DNA of 64,000 nt from Yuukianura sp. NJ FZ-2021 (Eukaryota), in NCBI GenBank assembly GCA_046563655.1, contig CM102284.1:5580001-5644000 (forward strand). Direction: 5' to 3'. Shown piece after piece: positions 31,864 to 45,010 of this stretch. How positions within the stretch are numbered: the stretch's first letter is position 1; each line of letters starts with the position of its first letter. The translations under genes were made by a program, and so were the position numbers. The notes beneath the pieces were generated by a model that saw only the letters and a list, made by a program, of their open reading frames with translations, was not told where the DNA came from and ran no database searches.

Positions 31864-33315
31864 GTAGAAAACAGTAGAGAAAGGAGAAAGTAGGAAGAGC
31901 TCAAAGAAGTTATGAAATTCTGTATCTGTCCTTTCCCCCTTGGTGAAAATCAACAAAGAAGACAAGGAAAATATGAAGAATGGAAGACCGTGGCTGGGAT
32001 ACAAGTCCCTTAATTTAGCTTCATTTATTTTCCACGGTGCTTCTAACTACTGAACGCCGTGGATCCACGGTGCCCTTGCTCAAGTTCCAGCCTCATTTTC
32101 ATTATTGCTTTCTCCACTGCAGAGCTTAGGCGTAAGAAGACAAAGGAGGGGAAAGCCTTAGGTTAAATCAATACAGCATTTGTTCTTGTCATTTCTCCCA
32201 AAAACTATCTTCCAACAACTTTAGCTGCTCTCAAATTTCCAATTTTGGCCCGAAATCTACCAAATTCAGAAGTTTCAAGAACATGTAAAGGAACTTTCAA
32301 TTAACTTCGAATCGAAAACTGTTTAGATTTGACTTGGTGTTCAATTTACGTAACTCGGCATGGAACAATTCAAAACAGGAAATTAGGAACAAATCATGAC
32401 CGATTTGGAAAAGAAAATCGAAATTTCTTTGGCTTTTTTTTCTCTCGAAACTTTTGGTTTATAAGCTAACGAGCACTTGGAACTAAAACAATCCCGATTT
32501 CAGTGAAGGTCATGAATTGCAGTGAGGGAGAAAGTTGTGCAGGAAAAGAAGCTGGAAAAGTTTGCAAAGTAAGTTGTAATGAAGGGAAAGTTTGAAGGAT
32601 GAACCCAGCAGAAAGCCCGGGAGAGCTCAAAACTTTCCCTCCCTGCGGAGTGAGTGATGCTTCTGTGGAGGAGGGCCCTCTAGAGTCTAGACCCTATTAG
32701 CGTTTAGTTCCAACTTTTCTAGAAAAAATTGAATCTACTATTGTCTTGTGCCTAAGAAAACCTTAGAGTGAAAGTAGACGCAAGTTGGGATATTAGTTTA
32801 AGTGGAGAATCATGTTAAAACCAAATCCATCTTCTCAATAAAGTGTCAAAAGTGGAACTCCAGTGACAATGGAAAATTTGGAATGGAAATTTTGAGGTTC
32901 TGAATTTTGAACGAAGAGTTTTTATGCGTTGGAGCCTGCGGTAAGCGTTTTTTAAAGCTACATATGCATTTCTTTCTGAAATGGAAATGATGAGTCAGAG
33001 ATTTGTTATGTTAGCGGCGAGGTTAGGGTAACTGATAGGTTAGCCTAACTTAACCTAACATTGGACACTGGGAGAGATTGACAAATGGAGGAGAATGACC
33101 TTTGAAGCCTTTGGTTCAATTTGTTGCAGAGCGGGAACCGACGGGAGAAAATTTATGGACAGATTGTGCTTTCACAGGAGAAAAGAATTTAAGTAATAAT
33201 TTCAATTCCTAACATAACAGAACTGATTTGAAAATTTCTGTCTACAGAGGATTGGAGAAACTTCTAAAAATGTGGAGATTGCAAATCTGTTCAATACAAA
33301 TCTTTCAAAATAAAG

Positions 33316-35605
33316 TTGATGAGTAGTCGTCAAAATTGGTGCATGCGATTAACTCATCGAACCGGAATTTGTAAATTTCGGTACTGTTTTCGTACTATGC
33401 ACAGTTTTCAAGTTTACAACTGTGCATACTGCATCTTGCTAACACGTCCATGTTTCGCAATGTGCACAAAATTTAAGAGATTGATAACGGATTGTTGGAA
33501 GTATTGCACTAACAGTGTGGGTTTTGTTTTCTGTGTCTGTGACATGCTAAGAACTGTGCAAAGTGTTTGAAAACACACACCGGTAAAAGTAAATGCTCAT
33601 CGCACACCATCGCTCTACTGTTCCATAAATTTTAGCATGCACGGATCCACAGAATGGTTCGACAAGTATGCACAACTTTGTTGCACCAATTCTCGATAAA
33701 GTGGAACTTCGGTTTACAAAATGTAGTTCATGCATGATGCATGATGACGACCGACGTTCAAAAAATTAAAGGCGTTCGTTCACGGAAGAAGTTGCAAACT
33801 CAAAATTGTTGATTTGAAACCCTCATCAACCAGTTTTCAAGCAAACAAACTTTGGTGAAAAATCGGTTTTTCATCGGTTTTTTCATGCCCTTTTTCATCA
33901 ACAAAACCGATTTGGAAGATACGCATTGTTGTTGCCCTTGGAAACAAAATTCGAAACTTTGTAACTTCTTTCGCGAACGCCTTTTGAGAAAATTTTGAGA
34001 ATAAAAAAGTGCAACTACCAATGCAACTGTTATCCAGTTACCATCATTACCAAAATTTGGGTTATTAGACGAGTTATTAGACACTTAGGCGAGGTGTCGT
34101 TAGCGTTAGCTTTAGGGAATAGCTTTATAAATTTTAACTCGACTCCTCCCCTTTTCTTAACCTTTTGAGGCCTGAAAAAAAAAATCTGTATTTTGTTGCT
34201 GAGACGATATTAATTTGCCTAAAAAACCGGTGCAATGCATGGAATAATGCGTTGCTATGGAAAAAAACGGTTTTTTATTTGCTCCAGCGGTTTTAAAAAA
34301 CCGTTTGCAGACGACTATAGTCGTCAACCGGCTCCTGAGGTCGCAAAAAAAAACGACTTTAGTTGCATTTAGGTCTCAAAAGGTTAAATCTAAAGACAAA
34401 GCTAAATCTGTAGTTAAAATTTCAAAAATTAAAGACAGAGATAAGGCAGCTTTAGTTTTGAAGCCACTCCTACTTTTTGAAACATCCGATTGGCGCGCTC
34501 CCCCAGACTTTGAAATTCTTGTTGTGGACATAGGACCCGCTCTCTCACCACCCACTTTAACACGTGACCTCACTAAAACTTAATGCTATTGAAAATTAAA
34601 ACTTGATTAGCCTAACTATCGTCTAAATATAAGTTTATAACTTAGCGTTAATTTCTTAAATCATAAAGCTAAATCCTAAAGCTAACAACACCTCGCCTAA
34701 GTGTCTATTATTTTCAAAACTGGTTCTGGCAACCAGTAGTAGGAAGCAACCATAATTTTGCCGCCCGGCGTTCAACTTATGCAAATTCTGGTCTGGAAAA
34801 ACCGTTTTCCAGACCACTGTACAGCGAAAAGAAAAAAAAAACAAACTGAAACAAACTGAAAAACGGTTTTCGGGTGAAAACCGTTTGACTCTCAAGTCAT
34901 GGAAATTTTGGTTTTCAAAAACCGTAGTGCGTTCTGCAAAAACAAAAGTATTGCATTCCGGAGTATTCAACACATTCAATGCATTATATTTGTGTAAAAG
35001 TAAGAAGAATGGGAACCAAACGTTATCGAATAATTTTCATTTCGTTAAATGCAACTTGTTTTTTGAAGCCATGCAAAAAGCATCCAATAACTTCGCATAC
35101 AAAAACCGAAGGGAGTGGATAAAACCGCTAATGGTTGTTACATGGAAATTCTGGTTTAGAAAAACCGTTTTGCAAGAAACTGCACAACAAATTCAACATC
35201 CGTCTATCATTATCATTGTTGTGCATCGGAAAGAAAAATTCAAACGTTACCAAATTTCCGTTTCGTCAACATTTATCTGTTGCACAAAATGGCGAAGCGA
35301 CAATGCGTCTGAAACAGGCATTGAAAAATATTGTTGCCAACGTGCTGCACAATTGTGCACAAGCGAAAACAATTCTAATGTAACCAAAATTCGTACTCCG
35401 TCTGCTTCAAAATTGTGCATCTTAAATTTTCAAGTGGTGCATCACTGGGAAACACAACTTTTCAAAAAATGTCGTATTTACGTGTATTTTGAAACTTTGC
35501 ACATTTCCCAGGGAAGATATTTGGGAACATTTGCGGCTTTCAATGCAAATGGTTGTCCCAAAGATGAAAGTTGTACAATAAATCGGTTTGTGAATTTACT
35601 CGTCT
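33316..35605. repeat. Degenerate TE-like repetitive segment rich in TGCA(C) and AAAAACCG, interrupted by a 630-bp MITE
   Basis: Composition differs from the flanks. A ~30-nt unit ATG(G/C)AAATT(C/T)TGGT..AAAAACCGT recurs at 34779, 34899 and 35142 (roughly 120-bp periodicity). Boundaries are approximate and no TSD was found. Confidence 0.5.
34078..34707. mobile_element. Non-autonomous DNA transposon/MITE (630 bp) with long TIRs
   Basis: Left end TAGACACTTAGGCGAGGTGTCGTTAGC; right end GCTAACAACACCTCGCCTAAGTGTCTA (34681-34707), with inverted similarity extending to about 50 bp. Flanked by TTAT direct repeats (34074-34077, 34708-34711); a TA TSD with GACAC termini is an alternative reading. Confidence 0.88.
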
Positions 35606-38600
35606 TGAATTTCTGCACTTCCCAAACTGTTAGATTATGTTACGTAACCTAAAGGATAGGAAAGAGTAAGGTTCAAACATTAAAGCTAAAATACGGTAAT
35701 TTCTAGGAGGTTCCGTGGCAGAAATAAATCAAGAGGAAACATCCGTTGGTGATTTCCATTTCAGCCGTTCGTTCCACCACCCCCTAACTCCATCAGGAAT
35801 TTCTGGACTTTCTCTTAACAGCTTTCCTTCGTCCCAACTTTCTCCCTGGGCTAACCTAATCTAACAGTCATTCCACAGTTCAGGTTAGTTCCAAACCTGG
35901 AAGGTATGAGGTTTGAATTTCGGGTTATTCAAACTAGCCTTACGAATAGGATTAGGACTCCAGGAAGTCCAATTTATATGGAAATTGAAAGTTGGAAAGA
36001 GAAAGCTTGACCTGGCTTATTTCCACATCAGAGGGGAATCAACCGAGAGAAAAAAAATTGGAAGTTGAAGGACTTGAAACCACGGTTCAATCCATCCAGG
36101 CACAACCAAAGTTGTTCTTCACTGTCACCTTTCCTGCAGCAAACATAGTTACTCCCTCCACTCTCTCTGCTTCACTTCCCGCGCTTTTTACTTCAGATCA
36201 ATCATCCAGAGATGACTGCAGTGATAGAAGCGTTCCCAACCACACGCAATTCCGCAACTTTCAAAAATTTCAATTCTCAATTTACTTTCACCAAACAGTT
36301 CTATTTGGCTAACAGTGGTTAGATTATTCTAACTTTTATTATTTTCGACTTCATTTGATTGGCTCTTTTCGTTTTGGCTGGAATAAGCTACTTAGGATTT
36401 GCAGATCTGCGGAAATCCGAGTGGATAGAGACATCAAAAGATTAAACCTAAAATTTATGCTAATTCTTTACTGCGTCCCTCCCACACATGAAGACCAAAT
36501 TGGTAAATTACTCATAAATGGAAGTAAGTGACACTTTCACTTTAGAATCCAGGAAATTCGGAGTTCCTTTGATACGGTTTTGCATTACAACTTTTCCCTG
36601 AAGGCGGGAAGGAAAGGAGGCTAATGTGCCTATTTTGTTTCTCCCAAATTTCAGTTCGTTTTCCCCAGGCCAAATTTGGTGGTCTGTTCAGTTCAAATTG
36701 GATTTGGACTAGTTTTGCCAGGGAGTTCGAGCAGAAAGGGAATTGTAGTTAGACTCATTTGAGGATTTTAGAAATTTTAGAGAGAATCCTATTATTTGGA
36801 CAGGCAAAGAGCCAGAGCGTTGATGATAATAATGATAACTCTGTCGAGGTTTCACTAATTCTGAGACTACTGGGACTACTGGGTGAAAGCGAACTTTTCC
36901 CGGCAATCTCACATGGACAGAAGCAACTGGCTAAATTACCATAATGAATTTATGGCCCTTGAAGGCACTTCAACTGAACTCCCCAACGTTTGGCTGAAGA
37001 GGGCTGATCATAGTTACTCCCTCTGCAAACGCCAATCAAGTTCATCTTCAGAATCTGACCAGAATTAGCCAGAATTTTGCAAATTTGAAACCCCTCGACG
37101 CACTTCTACTCTTTCGCAAAATATTTCATACAAAAAAAACTTCTATATGTTAGGCTTTAGTCCGAAATTTTCGTAGAAATAGAGGACGCTACGCTGAAAT
37201 TGTGAAATGTTAAGTGTATATGCAAACAATGGAACCCTTTTCTGAAAAGTGGACGTGGGCAGCTTTCCCTTTTGAATTGAATTTTGAAACTTGCCGCTTT
37301 TCCAGGGAAAGTTGGACTTCTGGAGTGTATTTACATAAAAGTGAAAGCGTTTTCACCCAGAACGACTCTCCTAGTTTCCTTTCAGCGCCAAGAGAGAAAA
37401 GTGAGAAAGCATTCCTTCGTGCCCCAAAGCCGATTCTCAGTTGTCATAAACAGATTTGGGCATGAGCACTTCTCCAAGTGTCCTTCAACCTAACTATATG
37501 CTAAGGGATTGGAGCCTAGTCCAACCAGTTTCCAAAGTCCCCAGAGCTTCTTCCATTATTAGGAGACAAGTTTGGTTTGGTTCCAGGAAAGTTCTTATTT
37601 GAACAACAAAGGGAAGATTAGACTTTGTCTGGAGAAAGCACTTTCTCCTTTCCCTTCCAGCTCTACTTGGCCAATCATGCATTCCAGTGTTGCAGGACTC
37701 CAATCCTAGACTAGGTTAGCCTTTGGTAGTACTGGTGTGACACAGAGAGAGGCCAATTTGAAAGTCAAATGAAGACATGAGGACACGACGATGGTGAGGG
37801 AAGGAGACTTTTCGTTCAATATTTTTCCAGTGAAACCAAAAGTGAAAGTCTGCTCAGATTTCGGAATTCCAACATCCACAAAATTTCAAAATTCCAAAAT
37901 CTGATACTCAACTGTGTACTCTACTCGCGCAGCAGACTAAGCCTACATTAGGGGGATTAGAGCTGCTTTTGGAATCGACCATGACTAGTCATTTTTTGTC
38001 CTAGATTTTGCTAACTAATCATCGCATTAGAACCAATCTCTAAAATCTAGGGCATAAAACGTACATCCACTTAAAACGCAACATACTCCCCCAACATAAC
38101 CAATAGACTCATAGGACATACACTAACAACCAACATACTCTCAGCATAACATGTATTCTACAACACTGCTTATGCAAAAAACGCTGATTCGGGAGCTGAT
38201 TAGAAGGAAGTTGGCGAAAGTTGATAGATCAATTTTTAATTAACGCCTAAAAAGTTTCTCGTTTCCTTTGCAGAAAAGTTTTAGAAACTCGAAATTAAAA
38301 TTTTGCACGAAAAGCAGAACACTTTGCAAAAAAAAAATTGGAAACGGAGAAGCCTTAATAAGCAATTAGAATGGGGAGCTTTAGGAAGCCTATGTGCAGA
38401 AAAAAGAAGCTTCTTCCTTCATCCTTAATTTGACTTTCATGAGGAGTCCAATTACGCCTTTCTCCTTTCACTTTCTGCTTAAGAGTCGCTGAGTTTCACT
38501 TTTAGCGATAGTTTTTGAGTGTTAGGAGGATAGCAGGATAAGTTTTTCAGGATAACTTTTTATTAGAAGATAGAGGATATGAGGAGGTTAGAGTTTTGTG

Positions 38601-39728
38601 AGACTAGGGTAATGACTACTTTCCAAACATGTCTCCCTCCGCCCCCTTTTGAATTAGTTTTCTTCTTAAATGAAATTTCCCCTTTTTCCTTCCGTTATGA
38701 TCATAGTTATGACTCAAAGTGGCATAATTTTATGACTTGGAAACAGGTGGAGAAGCGATTTTAAGTTTCAAGAAAGCTCAAGCCAAAAATATAACAACTG
38801 AAACGACTTCTATAGGCTTTAAGTTGGCATCTCCACTAATAAAAATAACACAAGTCATTTTCAGACTCTCGAAGGTCCTCTCTCTTGATACTTTTTGTGA
38901 AAAAGTATCAAGAGAGGCACATTTGAAATGATCACGTAAATGTTTTGTTGCTTTTTCTTCCCTTTTCAAATGGACCAATTTTAGAATGGAATGAGGAAAA
39001 TTTTAAAACGAAAAAATTGGTTTGCTCGTTACAAACTTTCCAAATTGCTCCGTCTAAACTATTTGACATATTGCTTTTCTTTCTCTTCCAAGAACCACAT
39101 TTTCAAATTTCGAAATTTTTGAAAAACCCGATCCAATTTTCTCCTAAGCTCTCCTGTCTGACTAATCTCCTGTATCTATTTTTCTAAGATACTAATTTTT
39201 TTTCAATTCTAGTTTTGTATTTCTGAAACACTGTATTTGTACAACTTGATTTTTTGAAACATTAGTTTTTGAAGTTAGGTTAACCTAGAAAGAAAAATTT
39301 TGAAACGAAGAGGCTTTTGCTGATCAAAAACTTTGAAATCTTCCCTTTGCCTAACTTAACCTAAATCCTACAGGAGACCAAAAACCAAGAGTAGGAAGGA
39401 GCTTGTTCAGCAGGAGATTTCTAGCAAACACAAATTCACTAATCCCAGAAAATCCTGTTCTCACGCTTGAAGGCTCGTTTTTAAAAAGGAAAAAAAAACT
39501 AGAAAGCGCGCTTTTTAGAAAAGACCTCCAAGTTCCAGCACCGTTCCTAAACAGAAAGTGAAAGCGCTAATGCTAAATTGAGCCTTCCCGAAGACACGGT
39601 GTCTCGGATGTTTTCTTTTCCTTGGAAGGACACCGCTGCGCGGTCTGTCCAAAACACAAAAACGTTTTCTTCTCTCTTGTTTGTGTGTTTTCGAATTTTT
39701 AAGAAATTTTTGGAGGCTCTAAACATGG

Positions 39729-39903
39729 GTTCCATGTGATTTGGTCAGAAAGTGAAAAGATCAAAAGTGAAATGATCAGAAAAAAAAGGTCAGAAAAGGA
39801 AGGAACGTAACCAAACCTAACCTGAGATCTTTTGAATTCTGACCTTTTCACTTCTGATCATTTCACTTCTGACCAAATATTTCTGACCATTTCACCTGCT
39901 ACG
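39729..39903. mobile_element. Foldback-type MITE (~175 bp) with 8-10 bp TSD (MULE/hAT/Merlin-like)
   Basis: Direct repeat CTAAACATGG at 39719-39728 and 39904-39913. Arms are built of inverted ~14-bp subrepeats (GGTCAGAAAGTGAAA versus TTTCACTTCTGACC) around a central AACCAAACCTAACC. Confidence 0.75.
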
Positions 39904-40759
39904 CTAAACATGGCAGGTTGGATTGGAAAGAATGTGTAGCGGATTTTGTATTTCACGTTTGAAAAAATCCACTTTACTTTCTCTCTTTTTTACTTTCATC
40001 GTTGTCGGCGTTCCCAAAACGAACAAAAGCGTAACAAAACTGTCTCATATTTATTCATAACCCTCAGAGTTTTCTAAATTGATTTTCCCTGTTACCTTTT
40101 TCCCTTCATCTCTCTTTAGTTTGTTTTAGAACAGAAGAGCGTTCCGCTGTTTGTGTATTTTAGAACACATTTGAACAAGGGAGAAAGTTATGAAAAATGG
40201 GACTTTGGCTTTGGTCCCCTTCTGGTTTGAGTCCCTTTGAAGATTGAATCCATTACACAGACAAAAGCTTTTTTGCGGGGAGAAGAAGCAGCAACATTTC
40301 TTTCCATTGTTAACCTTCTCCTCCCTCCCATTAACATCCCATATCACACTCCTGGAGCAATATGTTAGGTTGAAGGAAATGTTAGGTTAACAGCTAAACC
40401 TAACGTGTTAGCCTAACACGTTAGGCTTACTTTTTTAAGTAGGAGCGGGGAAGAATAGAAATCCACTCTGTTTTTATTACTGCTTTCCCCTTGTTCCTTC
40501 CTGCCAAACGCCAATTGCTTCCTGAGCTTTGACATTTCCCTTTGAGGATTAAATATTTGAGTGCTCCTGCTTACTTAGTACTACAACAGTATCAAATTTC
40601 AGGAATTCTACTCATTTTCATTCTAGTTTTTTTTTTTTGAAAAAGTGTTTTTCCATTTTCCAAAATTCGAAAATCGGGAGGGTTAGACTAAACTTTTGGC
40701 CCCTAGAGACAAAAAAGAGAGAAAGAGAAAAAAGTGAGAAGGTGTCAAGTGTCACTTAC

Positions 40760-41130
40760 CGAAATAGATCGAAGTGTCTGTCGTTAAGGATGGTTCGGTT
40801 TTTTCTTGGTAAAAATGGATTTTTCTGGAAGGTTCGATTTTTTCAGGTTTTCGGTTAGTTCAAGATTCACTTTCTTTTGAACTAGTTCGAGGATGTAAAA
40901 TTCATTATCCAGTTTTTGTCGACACCTTCACATCGAAACTTGTCACTTTTTGACACGACACACTTGAGAGGAGAAATTGAAGTGAAGGCGAATACGTTCA
41001 GATACCGAAAAATTGAGTTCCGCTTTTCCCCTTGACAGAAACTTGAAATTTTTCGTCGAGGGTGGAAAAAGAGTCGTGTGATCGGTAAATAATGATGAGC
41101 GTGTGGTTTTTCGGGGGGAAACACACGCGT
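40760..41130 (-). other. Candidate non-coding first exon/promoter of the 21195-31639 gene
   Basis: Strong minus-strand donor GTAAGT at 40759-40754 next to a CpG-richer promoter-like stretch. The first coding exon has an acceptor (TTTTCCAG) at 31746-31748, upstream of ATG 31639, which implies an upstream UTR exon. Confidence 0.3.
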
Positions 41131-44100
41131 CAAATTTGATACAGTAGATCCATTACTTTTTGAAAAAAATAGTCAAGAGATTCAGGAACTCAAGAACTTA
41201 TGTTTAAAGCTTGTCCTTAACTCACCCTATGTTTACTGTCCAATATGAAAGTACATAACTTACGGTGTTTTCGAAAATTTGAGGTTTCAAATTTTGAAAA
41301 ACGACTAAATTTTTCAATGAGTACTCCGTGCCACAATTCAGCGGAGAAAATTTTGACAACGCACGAACGGTGAAAGTCTACAAAACTTTGTAAATTTCGC
41401 GTTTTCACTACAAACGTTTTACCAATAGCCAGTTTGCATATTATAACTTTCTTAGTCTTTTTATTTAACTTATTTGTTTGAAGAGTTTTTCGAATTAGAT
41501 TTTTTTCTTGGAATTGCTAGATGTGTTTTGAAGTTGTCGTTTGTGTTAACTTTATTGTTTTGAATATGTGAAGAACTCTGTTGCTGTTCGGATCAAGCTT
41601 GTTGTGCGTCTAGCCTCACCCACCGTCAGACACGAACTGTTTCTTTCACATCCAAAAATGAACCGAAAAACGCCCGGTCGGTGGAGCTTCTCTTGTTCAT
41701 GTAAGCTGAATAAACTTCCAGAGCCCATCCAGGCTCCAGCTCCAGGAAGTTCCAACTTCCTGGAGAAAGTCTAAGCGCAGGCGCAACGCTTTGTGTCCCA
41801 CACTCTAATAGAAGCAACCAACTCAGCCTGTACCTGGAAAACCTCGGCTGTTCGCCCACGCTTAGCCTAGGTTCATCTTTTGTAAACTTCCAGGAACGGA
41901 AACTTCACACCCATTTCCACAAGTTATACAAAAGAGGGAAAGTTTGACGAGGCAATTACAGCAACGTCAATTTCATAACTTTTTTTTGCCTAAAAGAAAA
42001 CATTTTTTAACTAAAATGTTTGTTTTTGTTTGCCTAATCCCAAGTTTCTCAAAGCTTTCATTCAGAAATCTGGTTCGCCGACTTTCACTTTTGATACAAT
42101 CGTAAAGCAAAGCCTATTTGAAAAAAATATGAGAGATGAAGTGAGATATAATTCTGGAAACTCCGAAATCACGGAAGAGTTTGATTAATTACTTTTGTGT
42201 TTTAAAGTGAAAGTCAAATTTGAACTTTTGAACTTGAAAAACCATGAGTTCTTTTTCTTGTTTGAAAAAAGGAAGCAAAAGAGGTTTTTTTGTGCTTGCC
42301 GAAGTGGAACTGGAGAAAGTGATTGATTATGCATTCATTTCACTTTCGTTTGATTTTTTTAAATTCAAATTCAATTTGGACTTGCTCCAATGGATTCCTT
42401 AATGAACTTTCTCTTTTCCCGCCTTCGAACCAAATTCAAATTCAAAATCAGTCAATTTCTGAACTCTTAATCTGATTTAGTCTTTAATTGAATTGATTGA
42501 ACAGTTTTTTCTTGTTCAGTACCGTTGGACTCGGAACCTTAAGTAAAAAAATCGAAAACTTTCACATTTTTTCTTCCCGCTTTTTCTATACGCTTTCCAT
42601 CAGTCATTGCCTCCGAGAGTTGTTAATCTTTTCTGCACGTTTTCTCAGGTTTAGCTCCTCTTCCAGAAGCTTTGGCTGCTTCTTCTAAAAGTCTTTTCTG
42701 TTTAGACAAGCCTTTTGTCTTGATTATTGATGTGGAGAAGACCATTATGGAGGAAGATGAGGAACCCAGGAGGCTTGGCATGACGAGCAAATGGTGTTCC
42801 ATTAACCCAATATCCCACCCTAAGAGCCACCAGCCCCACCGGATCCCACCGCGGAAACAAAAGAAAGTGAAAGTGTGCCTCCCGGGGTGGATGGGGAGGC
42901 GGAAAGGGGCGGAGGACTTTCTCCTTTCTTATCTTAATCGTAGCCTAATAAAGACCTAAGACTTCAGTTCTAACAGCTACCTCCTAGTAGACTTCTGGAA
43001 TCAAATGGGAAGGAAATGGAGGAAGCATTAGATGCCCTTTAGTGTTCAAAATCTGTACAATTCTAAAAAGGGCTCGTAGAATTCCTTCCTTTACTCTTGA
43101 AATAAAAGGAGACAAGACAGATATAATGTGGCACTTTCACTTTCGTATTTTCCCGCAAGCAAAAATTCATATTTTGAGTTTCTCTTATTCTTGCCTGTGA
43201 AATCCTGGAGCGGAACAAGAATTCCCAATTTCCTGCTCCAGGTGAAGAAGAAAGTGAAAGTGGTGGGAAAATCGGAAGTGAAAGTGAAGTGGAAGTGAAG
43301 TCGTGACAAAAAGAATTTTCTCGCTTCTTCTCTTTTGCTGCGTTTCTTAGCTGCAAGGGAAAGGTAGAATTTTTTAGTAAAAAAAAAGTTTCAGGAGCTA
43401 CGGGTATTTTTTTTCTGTTCAAATTTGTTCTATTTCTCTCTTCGAAAGAGAGAGCGACAGAACGAAAATTTCAGGGTCACTTTTCGCTCTAAAGTATTCA
43501 AAGTCAAAAACTTTCTCGTAAAACTTCAAAATTTTATACAACACTGATTATTCTTAACAATTTGCAAGAGTGTGATAGAAAATGAGCTAGAACTTTTTCA
43601 GTTTTTGAAATAAATAAAATTCTGCGACAAAAGAATCGAAAATTGGCAACACCGCTAGCGCGATTGCACCCATGCGAATAACTTGCCGCTCCAGAAATTT
43701 CTGCAAATCCAAGTCCCAAAGAGATACTGGCACTTCTGCGACATTTTTGTGGATTTTGGCACAAGATTTTTTGGCACTTTTCTTCGAAACTCGCAAAAAT
43801 ACGGAAAAAAGTTGATTCAGTGGGAGGAAGTGAAAGTGAAAGAAAGAATAATAAGCCATCTTTCACCAAAGTGCTCTGGCATGGACCATCCTTCTGCTGC
43901 TGGTCCACCGCTACCGTGGTTACACTAAGGGCAGCCAGTGGTGGTGGTTGGGAAGATTCATATCATCTACTGGATTCTCTGGAAGAGAAAAGAAAGATGG
44001 TCCTCGGTACTAAATTTAATCTTAGATGAACTTCAACATACTTTCTCCACTGAGGCACACGCGTACTTTCCATTTTTGGCAGTATTCTTCCCTGCTCCCT

Positions 44101-44995
44101 CGTTTCCTTTTCTGCGAGGCTAAGCTAAAGCCAAATGTTAATTTGACCATTTCTAACTGTCGCCTTCTCTCCCTAATATTTTATGTGCCTCCACTTATTA
44201 TGAGCCCAACCCCTTCAGCGCAATTCCCCAAAAACTAACTTCCGCCGAAATTACTTCCAAAGTACTCCCCAACCCGGCAAATACAACAGCTCAATTCACT
44301 CACCTTCCCTACGAAGTACAAAGCCTTTTCTGAAAAACTGGCCGACCAAAACTGAATTTTTTTGCAGTGGAAACGACTTCCCTAAACGGGGTATATTGTC
44401 GCTTACTCGCCCGTTACAATCACAAAATCATTAATCGAATTACTAACTAAATTTTATTTTATTGAATAATTTTTAAAACTAAATTTCAAAATTCCAACTA
44501 ACTAAAAACTACACTTAAGTAAATTCTAAACTTAAGACTTTATTTTAAATCTGAAATAGTAATCTAGAACTTTTACATTTCAGTATTCGAAAATTCCGAA
44601 ATACCTGAAGAACTAGTGCTTGTGAACAAAATTTGGCCAAAAGTTTAGTTGGAGGAACTCTTTAGGATTTACGGATTTCGAATTCTTGCAAAAATCGCTC
44701 TGTACTGTAGAACGAATTCCCTATAGGAGGCGTCTGACTAATGAGACACTTTCTCTTCTGCTCTCCAGGTCATACTGTGTGCTTAACTAATCAGGCGCGT
44801 AGTTTTATGACTGTAGAAGGTGCTACGTCTCCTCCAGGAAAACGTAACCTACTAAAGAAAGCAATAAAAATCCCTGCGAGTTTCTCTCTGCCTCCACCTG
44901 GAGAAAGTTGAAGGACCACTTTACGAATAGCCCAGAAGGAAACAGCCCAGGGAAGGGAAGTTTCGAGGCCATTGACATCGGAACATCCAGGGACC

Positions 44996-45010
44996 GAGGT
45001 CACTGACCTC
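44996..45010. promoter_or_regulatory. Perfect IR1 palindrome (ecdysone-response-element-like)
   Basis: GAGGTCA-C-TGACCTC. Confidence 0.45.

Noticed and set aside
34885-35652. 255-aa ORF as a possible transposase
   Set aside because: Starts at TTG, has no recognisable DDE or DNA-binding motif, and its repeated WKFWF reflects the underlying DNA repeat.
40210-40222. miR-133-like 13-nt match TTTGGTCCCCTTC
   Set aside because: The 3' half diverges and no complementary arm is present.
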